From Clostridia bacterium (GTDB lineage Bacteria > Bacillota > Clostridia > Oscillospirales > CAG-382), in contig JAFQHL010000045.1 of the NCBI GenBank assembly GCA_017397955.1, forward strand, positions 104,764 through 168,763: a stretch of DNA of 64,000 nucleotides, given 5' to 3'. Below, piece after piece: positions 46,603 through 53,782 of this stretch. How positions within the stretch are numbered: the first letter of the stretch is position 1; each line of letters starts with the position of its first letter. Made by a program: the position numbers and the translations under genes. The notes under the pieces were generated by a model that saw nothing but the letters and a program-made list of their open reading frames with translations, was not told the origin of the DNA and made no database searches.

Positions 46603-47016
46603 TTATTCAGTTGTATCGTCACCGATAGCCGCCAAAGTGTTTGCGATCAATGTCTCGGTAGAAACGCCGTATTTAACCGCATTTTCATAAGAGCCGTCCA
46701 TCGTAACGATAGAAACCTTAGACTCATCAAGTGCATCCGCAACCGCGTTAAGCTCCGAAGGAGTACCAACCACTCTGTTGGAGGATGCCATTACGATGGT
46801 CTTAGTATCTGTGTTCTTTGCGTACTCAATGGCTTTTTTTAACGCATCGAGGCTTTCCGCACGGCTACCAATTGTGCTGACGGTCTCGCTGACGTCATAG
46901 CCTTGCTGCTTGCAATAGCTTTGAACCTTTTGCACTTGTCTCTCCAAGCACTCTGCCGCGCCGTCGTGATTGCTTTCTCTTACGTAAACAACCACTTGTT
47001 TATTTTCAGAAGTCAT
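46603..47016 (-). CDS. resolvase-N-terminal-domain-only protein (TnpY-like)
   Basis: VVVYVRESNHDG...LERQVQKVQSYCKQQGYDV resembles a serine-recombinase catalytic domain, but there is no DNA-binding domain; 137 aa. Confidence 0.5.
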   Translation of the reverse strand: MTSENKQVVVYVRESNHDGAAECLERQVQKVQSYCKQQGYDVSETVSTIGSRAESLDALKKAIEYAKNTDTKTIVMASSNRVVGTPSELNAVADALDESKVSIVTMDGSYENAVKYGVSTETLIANTLAAIGDDTTE

Positions 47017-47102
47017 AAGACAGCTCCTTTCTCATTGATAAATCGAACGTATTTATTATACCATAAAAATTTGAAAAAATCCAGTTCTTTATCACATTTT
47101 TA

Positions 47103-47384
47103 TTACGAATATATTTGAAACGTATAAACGCTATTCTTTGTCGTGAAGATCAGATAATCTTCGCGGTATTCATACGTTCCGCAGCTTGTTTGAAGATAGC
47201 GTCCGTCTCGGCTTTCGATATACATAAATTTCTCGCCGGGGTGTTTGTGTTCGCTTTCAAACATTCCAAGTATACCTTCCATTCCGACGTATCTCATTCG
47301 CCAAGACCATTCGTTTTCCTCAGCCTCGGTGATGGGAATGATCTCTATGAGCTTGGCGATATATGCGTTTACCTTTTTAGCCAT
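47103..47384 (-). CDS. hypothetical protein
   Basis: 93-aa ORF within the co-oriented element operon. Confidence 0.45.
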   Translation of the reverse strand: MAKKVNAYIAKLIEIIPITEAEENEWSWRMRYVGMEGILGMFESEHKHPGEKFMYIESRDGRYLQTSCGTYEYREDYLIFTTKNSVYTFQIYS

Positions 47385-47396
47385 AGCTTGTCCTCC

Positions 47397-47678
47397 TTAA
47401 AGCGTATCACGATGTTCACCGCTCAACACTTCAAGCATAATCCGAGCGCCGAGCCTAAAGGCGTACGTAAATATCTCTCGCTCGTTGATCTCGGACAGCT
47501 CTGACCAACAATCGTCAAACCTTTGCAGAATGTCCTTCTGCTTTTCGTCAAGGGTTGCGGATAGGTTGTCGTGATGGGTGGCAATGTAGCCGATAAGCTC
47601 CTTTGTTTCCTTCGTGGCGATTCTGCAATCGCTGTTCGGAGAGATATTGCCGTACCATAATTCGTTCAGTACCGTCAT
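47397..47678 (-). CDS. DUF6809-like small protein
   Basis: LNELWYGNISPNSD...FDDCWSELSEINEREIFTYAFRLGARIMLEV is a pattern seen next to TnpV in clostridial elements (from memory). Confidence 0.5.
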   Translation of the reverse strand: MTVLNELWYGNISPNSDCRIATKETKELIGYIATHHDNLSATLDEKQKDILQRFDDCWSELSEINEREIFTYAFRLGARIMLEVLSGEHRDTL

Positions 47679-48025
47679 CTGTAGATCACCTCCCGCAGCA
47701 CAAACTCCTTGGCGCAGGCGCGGACGTTATTCATTTCTTGCACCCAGCGCATTTGATCTGTAGCCTTGAGTTCCTCGGTGATGCCATTCTTTTTGACAAG
47801 TCCCGCAACGATTGATTCCATCTGTGCAACCGCTTGCTCATCAATGCTGTGAAGGTGCTCGTTGAGCCTACCTTCTGCTAAAAGGGTGGTGTAAGTCCCG
47901 CGTCGGTGGTTTTTGAGAAACGCGAGATGCAGGTTGCCGTACTTGCCGATCTTATAGTCGGTCTGTTCGGGCAGTTCAAGCTCGGGGTAAAACTGATCCC
48001 CGATTTGTTTGTAGCGCAGTTCCAT
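47675..48025 (-). CDS. TnpV-like transposon-encoded protein
   Basis: MELRYKQIGDQFYPELELPEQ...IGKYGNLHLAFLKNHRRGTYTTLL..GRLNEHL..IDEQA...KATDQMRWVQEMNNVRACAKEFVLREVIY matches the TnpV family pattern. Confidence 0.8.
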   Translation of the reverse strand: MELRYKQIGDQFYPELELPEQTDYKIGKYGNLHLAFLKNHRRGTYTTLLAEGRLNEHLHSIDEQAVAQMESIVAGLVKKNGITEELKATDQMRWVQEMNNVRACAKEFVLREVIYR

Positions 48026-48296
48026 ACTGTATTCCTTTCTTTGCTGTAATGGATTAGTGGGTTTCTCAGCAGTTGAGAATAGCTTTTATTGCTCCTTTCC
48101 TCATAACTGCCGTTCTATTCACCACAAATGAGCCGTCACAGCTATGTATTTATTAGGTTCTGCGTGACGTACACACATTACCCTTTATAGAATACAATAT
48201 GGGGATACAGAAGGACTGCATCAAAGTACCCTTTGTTTTTCAAACTCTTTGTCTGACCCTAAAATTCCTGCAAAAAGTGCACGGAATTTTAAGAAA

Positions 48297-48554
48297 ATGG
48301 AACTATTATTAAATCTGATGTGCGCTGTTGCCGATAACGACACGGACCGCATAGAAGAACTGCGCATCAAAGCCGAAACTTGGAATACTTCCGTAGCTAC
48401 CGCAGGCTTTGTGAATTATATTAAGGGCATATCCGCCGTAGAAACAGATGACAAGGTAGAAGCCGTATACAGATTCAAGCTTGTTACGGAAAATTGCCCC
48501 AAAACCGTTTTTGCAAGACTGTCTGCTGAAAAGATTGAATCTTTAAACATATAG
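48297..48554 (+). CDS. hypothetical small protein or 3' fragment of an interrupted gene
   Basis: The ORF is open from 48168, with a first ATG at 48297 (MELLLNLMCAV...). Host-like composition resumes here. Confidence 0.35.
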   Translation: MELLLNLMCAVADNDTDRIEELRIKAETWNTSVATAGFVNYIKGISAVETDDKVEAVYRFKLVTENCPKTVFARLSAEKIESLNI

Positions 48555-48556
48555 GC

Positions 48557-48590
48557 AAAAAATTTCGCCCGCTGTGCGGGCGAAATTTTT
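48557..48590. terminator. bidirectional terminator
   Basis: AAAAAATTTCGCCCGC-TGT-GCGGGCGAAATTTTT between convergent genes. Confidence 0.8.
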
Positions 48591-50889
48591 ACGCTTTTGT
48601 TTTTTCAAGGTCCTTCTTGCGAATTTCCACACGCCTTACCTTGCCGCTGATGGTCTTGGGCAGCTCTTCCACAAACTCCACAATTCTGGGGTATTTGTAG
48701 GGCGCGGTGTGGGTCTTTACATATTCCTGAATTTCCTTCTTCAAGGCATCCGTGCCGACGGTATTCTTGGTAAGCACTATGGTCGCCTTTACAATCTGTC
48801 CGCGTACTTCATCGGGTACGGGGGTGATTGCACATTCCAACACATAAGGAAGCTCCATAATAACGCTTTCAATTTCAAAGGGCCCGATGCGATAGCCGCT
48901 GGACTTGATAACATCGTCGATACGACCCACATACCACAGATATCCGTCTTCGTCCATGGTTGCCTGGTCGCCTGTGTGGTAGAATCCGTCGTGCCATACT
49001 TCGTTTGTTTTTTCTTCATCAAGATAATAGCCAATGAACAATCCGCAGGGTGCGCCGTCCTTGGTGCGGATACAAATCTCGCCCGCATCACCGGTCTTAC
49101 ATTCGTTGCCGTCGGGGTCAAGAATTACCACATCGTACAAAGGACTTGCTTTACCCATAGAGCCAATCTTGGGTGTAGAGCCCACAAAGTTTGCGATGGA
49201 GAGCGTTGTTTCCGTTTGTCCAAAGCCTTCCATAATGGTAAGCCCAGTTGCCTTCTTAAACTGGTTGAACACTTCGGGGTTAAGCGCCTCACCTGCTGTG
49301 GTAGCGTACTGAATAGAGGAGAGGTCGTACTTAGAGAGGTCTTCCTTGATGAAGAATCTATACATCGTGGGCGGTGCACAGAATGTGGTAATACCGTACT
49401 TTTTAAAGAGGGGAAGAATATCGTCGGGATGGAACCTGTCAAAGTCGTAGGTGAAAACACCTGCTTCGCAGAGCCACTGACCGTAGAGCTTGCCCCAAAG
49501 TGCCTTACCCCAGCCTGTATCGGAGATAGTGAAGTGCAAGCCGTCACGCTTAACATTGTGCCAATGCTTGGCGGTGGGGTAGTGACCCAACGCATATTTG
49601 TAGGAATGGGTTGCAATACGGGGGTAACCCGTAGTACCCGATGTAAACAGCATAAGCATGGGGTCGTTACCGCAGGGGGTATCTTCCTTGCGGTAGAAAT
49701 GGGTACTGAAACGCTCCATTTCCACATTAAAGTCGTTCCAGCCGTCTTTTTTGCCGCCCACAAGAATCTTTATCATTTCGGGGAACTCTGCTGCCGCTTT
49801 TTCTGCTTCTTCCGATACAGTGCCGTCTGCTGTACAAACAATGGCCTTTACCTTGGCGGCTTTATACCTATAGGTAAAATCGTGCTCGACAAGCTGGTTA
49901 GTAGCGGGGATGGCAATAGCGCCAATCTTGTGCAGTGCAAGCATACAGAACCAGAACTGATAATGACGCTTGAGCACCAGCATAACCGTATCACCGCGCT
50001 TTATACCAAGGGATTCAAAGTAGTTTGCGGTCTTAGCGGAGTACTTCTTCATATCGCTGAAAGTGAATCTACGCTCGGTTTTATCACCTGCAACCCACAT
50101 CATAGCAAGCTTGTCGGGGGTCTTTTCCGCAATAGCATCAACGCAGTCAAAGGCAAAGTTGAATTTATCCTCGTTTTTGAAGCTTATGCCGTTGAATACG
50201 CCCTGTTCGTCGTAGGTGGATGTAATAAAGTTGTCGGCAACGGTTTTAACCTCGGTTTCTTCCTTAACAGCCTTTGCGGCGATAAAGGGCGCTTCGGGAT
50301 AAGTCTCGCTGTAATCCCCGTCCTGAGGATTAAGTACCACTGCGTGGAACTCACAGCCGCCCTCGCTTACGGCAATCATACCATGAGGGATAATACTGTT
50401 GTAAAAAATAGAGTCGCCTTCGTTAAGTACGCTTATGTGGTTGCCAACCTGTACTTTAAGGGAGCCTTTTACGATAACATCAAATTCTTGTCCGTTGTGG
50501 GAATTAAGCTTAATGGCTTTGTTTTGCTCTTCTTCCATGTAAGGCATTTTAACCAAAAAAGGCTCTGCCAATTTATCCTTGAATTTAGGTGCAAGGTTGT
50601 AATAAACCCCTGCCTGCTTTTTAATTATCTCAAGTCCTTCGCCTTTTCTCGTAATGGCAAAGGAGGTAAGTGTGGTACTTGTACCTTCTATAATATCAAC
50701 AACCTCGACATTACATGCCTTGGCACATTTGTAAATGAATGTAAAGCTAAAATCGGTTTCGCCCTGTTCAAGGAGTTTGTAGTCCTCAACAGATACGCCC
50801 GTAAGCTTTGCCAGCTCTTCTTGGGAATACCCCTTAGCTTCACGCAGGTCTTTAATTCTACCTGCAACATCTTTCAAATTGAACTCCAT
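48589..50889 (-). CDS. tripartite fusion: XRE-type HTH + cupin + AMP-forming acyl-adenylate/acyl-CoA ligase
   Basis: Residues 1-65 form an HTH_3 (IKDLREAKGYSQEELAKLTGVSVEDYKLLEQG). Residues ~110-190 form a cupin (GQEFDVIVKGSLKVQVG...GDSIFYNSIIPHG). The rest is an ANL-superfamily ligase (LMLFTSGTTGYPRIA, GYYHTGD, SSGYRIGPFEIE, PKTISGKVRR). Confidence 0.85.
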   Translation of the reverse strand: MEFNLKDVAGRIKDLREAKGYSQEELAKLTGVSVEDYKLLEQGETDFSFTFIYKCAKACNVEVVDIIEGTSTTLTSFAITRKGEGLEIIKKQAGVYYNLAPKFKDKLAEPFLVKMPYMEEEQNKAIKLNSHNGQEFDVIVKGSLKVQVGNHISVLNEGDSIFYNSIIPHGMIAVSEGGCEFHAVVLNPQDGDYSETYPEAPFIAAKAVKEETEVKTVADNFITSTYDEQGVFNGISFKNEDKFNFAFDCVDAIAEKTPDKLAMMWVAGDKTERRFTFSDMKKYSAKTANYFESLGIKRGDTVMLVLKRHYQFWFCMLALHKIGAIAIPATNQLVEHDFTYRYKAAKVKAIVCTADGTVSEEAEKAAAEFPEMIKILVGGKKDGWNDFNVEMERFSTHFYRKEDTPCGNDPMLMLFTSGTTGYPRIATHSYKYALGHYPTAKHWHNVKRDGLHFTISDTGWGKALWGKLYGQWLCEAGVFTYDFDRFHPDDILPLFKKYGITTFCAPPTMYRFFIKEDLSKYDLSSIQYATTAGEALNPEVFNQFKKATGLTIMEGFGQTETTLSIANFVGSTPKIGSMGKASPLYDVVILDPDGNECKTGDAGEICIRTKDGAPCGLFIGYYLDEEKTNEVWHDGFYHTGDQATMDEDGYLWYVGRIDDVIKSSGYRIGPFEIESVIMELPYVLECAITPVPDEVRGQIVKATIVLTKNTVGTDALKKEIQEYVKTHTAPYKYPRIVEFVEELPKTISGKVRRVEIRKKDLEKTKA

Positions 50890-50947
50890 AGTTTTTTGCT
50901 CCTTTCGTTTCCGCTTGCTTCGTTATGAAGCATAAATTTTCGGATTT

Positions 50948-51290
50948 GAATAAAACAAAACAGACCCATCTCAAATATACTTTGAGACGGGTGCAATTAT
51001 ACATATAAAATCACACTCGCGGTACCACTCAAATTGCGGACAAATAATCCGCCACTTTGCAGGCTCTAACAAGCCCTTGCTTTAACGCAGCATTACGGAA
51101 GAAGCCTACTGACCGCTTGGGTGTTCAGCCCTCCAACTCGGAAGTGATGGGTCATTGGAAAACTCTGCCATTGGCTCGCAGCAACCGCCAACTCTCTTAA
51201 GGCTCGGTAATCCGACCGTCTTCGTCATAGTTGTTTGTGATATTCAAATTTCTTGTTATGCATTATACTCGCGCAAAAACTGTTTGTCAA
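50948..51290 (-). promoter_or_regulatory. promoter plus T-box leader (tRNA-sensing riboswitch); specifier unresolved (Pro/Thr/His registers)
   Basis: All on the minus strand. Promoter: TTGACA (51290-51285), 17 nt, TATAAT (51267-51262). Stem I has GA-motif, AGAGAG and GCTGCGAG elements; an F-box-like GCGTTA is present. The T-box sequence AATTTGAGTGGTACCGCG lies at 51035-51018. The terminator ACCCGTCTCAAA/TTTGAGATGGGT (50992-50964) is followed by a U-tract. Confidence 0.85.
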
Positions 51291-51321
51291 TAGTTTTTTG
51301 TGAAAAAATTAAATTTTTTTG

Positions 51322-53781
51322 TTATTTCTTAAGCCCCAAAATTTCGGCAGAGTCATCACGCATTTTGTATTTAAGAATCTTGCCCGCCGCATTCATGGGG
51401 AACTCGTCCACAAACAGGAAATAACGGGGAACCTTGTGGCGTGCTATGTAAGCGTTGCCAAACTCTTTCATCTCCGCTTCCGTTGCAGTCTCTCCCTTGT
51501 GCAATATTATCCATGCACAGCATTCCTCCCCGTACTTTTCGTCGGGAACGCCAACCACCTGTACATCGCGCACCTTGGGGTTGGTAAGATAAAACTCTTC
51601 TATCTCGCGAGGGTACAGATTTTCACCGCCGCGGATAATCATATCTTTAAGACGCCCCGTTACCTTGTAGTATCCGTCGGGTGTGCGACAACATATATCG
51701 CCGCTGTGCAACCAGCCGTCCGCATCTATAGCCTGTGCGGTAGCCTCCGGCATCTTATAGTAACCCTTCATAATATTAAAGCCGCGGGCTACAAATTCGC
51801 CACTCTCGCCGTCGGGTAACTCTTCTCCTGTTTCAGGGTCGATAACCTTACACTCCACACCGGGGAAAGGACTGCCTACGGTTTCCACACGGTGGTCAAG
51901 GTCTTCGTTAACCTCACCCATGGTACAGCCTGGGGACGCTTCTGTCTGCCCGTAAACGGAGATAATCTCTCGCATATTCATTTCGTCTGCGGCGCGGCGC
52001 ATAAGGTCGGCAGGGCAGTTTGCACCTGCCATAATGCCCGTACGCATATAGGAAAAATCCGTCTTTGCAAAATCGGGGTGGTTAAACATGGCAATAAACA
52101 TAGTAGGTACGCCGTTAAAGCAGGTTATATGCTCGTCATTAACGCAAGCCAAGGACGACTTAGGTGAAAAATAGGGGATAGGGCAAAGTGTGCCGCCGTG
52201 TGTCATCATGGAGGTCATGGAAAGCACCATGCCAAAGCAGTGGAACATTGGCACCTGTATCATCATACGGTCGGCAGTGGAAAGGTCCATCCTGTCGCCT
52301 ATGGTCTTGCCGTTGTTTACAATATTGCGGTGGGTGAGCATAACCCCTTTGGGGAAACCTGTTGTGCCGGAGGTGTACTGCATATTACAAACGTCGTCGG
52401 GTTTAACAAGGGATGCGCGCCTGCGTACCTCCTCCACAGGAACAAGGGAGGAGCGGGAAAGCATTTGTTCCCAAGTAAGACAGCCTTCCATGGAAAAACC
52501 TACGGTAACAACGTTACGCAGGAAGGGTAAAGCCTTAGAGTAAAGGGGCTTACCGGGTGTAAGACTTTCAAGCTCCGGACAAAGCTGCTTAATAATCTCC
52601 TTATAGTTGATGTCCTTGCAGTACTCAATCATCACAAGTGTATGAGTGTCTGACTGCTTTAACAAATACTCTATCTCGTGTATCTTATAAGCAGTGTTAA
52701 CAGTTACCAGAACAGCACCGATTTTAGTGGTTGCCCAGAAAGTAATAAACCATTCGGGCACGTTGGTTGCCCATACCGCCACATGGTCGCCCGCCTTCAC
52801 GCCCAAGGAAATAAGGGCGGCGGCACATTCGTCAACATCGCGGCGGAACTGCTTATAGGTTCTGGTATAGTCAAGGGTAGGGTACTTAAAGGCGTACTGG
52901 TCCGGGTAGGTTTCAGCCATAGTGTCAAGTACGTCACCAAAAGTAGCATCAATAACGTCGTATTTCTTCCACACAAAGGTGCCAGTTTTTGCCCTGTTGT
53001 AATAAGCGCGGTCGTAATTCTTCTTTTTGCGGCCAAGGGATGAAACGTAGTTTGCAAAATGGGTAAGCACTATATCCGCATCGTTTATTTCCTCGTTCCA
53101 AGCGGCACAAATAAAGCCGTCAAAATTAAGGGAGGAGAGGGCATTGATAAGCTTTTCTACGGGCAGTTCGCCTTCGCCTATAAGTACTGTCTTCCCGTCC
53201 TTCATATCGCCCAACCGTACATACTTGATATACGCACCCAGCGTTTTAATGGTGGTTTCAGCCGTCTCTCCTTCGCCGAAATATGTGCCTCTCACATTCC
53301 ATGAAGCACCTATTACCGCAGATGAGAAGAAGTTTATAATATCTATAACATTTTCCGTATTTGCCAAGTAGCCTACAGTCTCAAAGAGGATACCCACATC
53401 AGCGGATTCAGCACGCTTTATGGCCTTGCTCAGCTTTTCCTTCAGCAATTCGTAGGGCGCTTCCTCCTCTATACGAACGATGATGTTTTCAATTCCTGCG
53501 CTTGCCGCCATATCCACATATTTAAGTACTGCATCGGCAGTTGCATCCTCGCTGTCCAAGGGATGAGGATAGCTCAATGCGGAAACAGCAAGCCCGCGGT
53601 TTACAAGCTTTCTTTTGGAGTCCGCCGTACGGTCGCGGCGCAGAATACTGTCGTGGTGGGTGCTGCGCTCGTTTATTGCATCGTAAATCTCAAAGCCCGC
53701 AAATCCGTAGTCATAAGCATAACGGCAAAGCTCTATAAAGGAGGGACGATTTACGTACTTTGTAGAAAAAACAATTTTCAT
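51322..53781 (-). CDS. fusion: xylose-isomerase-like TIM-barrel domain + AMP-forming fatty-acyl-CoA ligase
   Basis: The N-terminal ~260 aa look like a sugar-phosphate isomerase/epimerase-type TIM barrel (FAGFEIYD..., ILFETVG..., VRLGD). The C-terminal ~550 aa form an ANL ligase (MQYTSGTTGFPKGVMLTH, GWLHSGD, IRGGENLYPREIE, PMNAAGKILK). The start is set at MKIVFS (53781), 1 nt after the upstream stop and preceded by GAGGAGGAG. Confidence 0.85.
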   Translation of the reverse strand: MKIVFSTKYVNRPSFIELCRYAYDYGFAGFEIYDAINERSTHHDSILRRDRTADSKRKLVNRGLAVSALSYPHPLDSEDATADAVLKYVDMAASAGIENIIVRIEEEAPYELLKEKLSKAIKRAESADVGILFETVGYLANTENVIDIINFFSSAVIGASWNVRGTYFGEGETAETTIKTLGAYIKYVRLGDMKDGKTVLIGEGELPVEKLINALSSLNFDGFICAAWNEEINDADIVLTHFANYVSSLGRKKKNYDRAYYNRAKTGTFVWKKYDVIDATFGDVLDTMAETYPDQYAFKYPTLDYTRTYKQFRRDVDECAAALISLGVKAGDHVAVWATNVPEWFITFWATTKIGAVLVTVNTAYKIHEIEYLLKQSDTHTLVMIEYCKDINYKEIIKQLCPELESLTPGKPLYSKALPFLRNVVTVGFSMEGCLTWEQMLSRSSLVPVEEVRRRASLVKPDDVCNMQYTSGTTGFPKGVMLTHRNIVNNGKTIGDRMDLSTADRMMIQVPMFHCFGMVLSMTSMMTHGGTLCPIPYFSPKSSLACVNDEHITCFNGVPTMFIAMFNHPDFAKTDFSYMRTGIMAGANCPADLMRRAADEMNMREIISVYGQTEASPGCTMGEVNEDLDHRVETVGSPFPGVECKVIDPETGEELPDGESGEFVARGFNIMKGYYKMPEATAQAIDADGWLHSGDICCRTPDGYYKVTGRLKDMIIRGGENLYPREIEEFYLTNPKVRDVQVVGVPDEKYGEECCAWIILHKGETATEAEMKEFGNAYIARHKVPRYFLFVDEFPMNAAGKILKYKMRDDSAEILGLKK

Positions 53782-53782
53782 A

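Larger units (their letters stand above)
34000..48230 (-). mobile_element. integrated Tn4451-like mobilizable element (large serine recombinase type); boundaries approximate
   Basis: A co-oriented block encodes TnpV, a TnpY-like protein, TnpW, a TnpX-like large serine recombinase, a MobA/MobL relaxase with oriT, ParM/ParR-like proteins, AbiE and small regulators. It is flanked by host-like genes. Exact att junctions were not resolved, and the left end could be as far left as ~30.0 kb. Confidence 0.75.

Noticed and set aside
46603-47016. Calling this a functional small serine recombinase/resolvase
   Set aside because: Only an N-terminal catalytic-like domain is present (137 aa), with no HTH domain and a divergent active-site context. 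It is treated as a TnpY-like accessory protein.
48574-50928. 784-aa ORF on the plus strand
   Set aside because: It is the antisense shadow of the well-supported ligase fusion gene on the minus strand. It has no recognisable motifs and an odd Cys/Phe/Val-rich composition.
51117-51126. Assigning the first T-box (48.6-kb gene) to histidine from the GAA-CAC register
   Set aside because: The base after CAC is C rather than the conserved purine. The UGGU bulge predicts an A73 discriminator, which is inconsistent with tRNA-His (C73). The specifier is left unresolved, with Pro registers fitting best.
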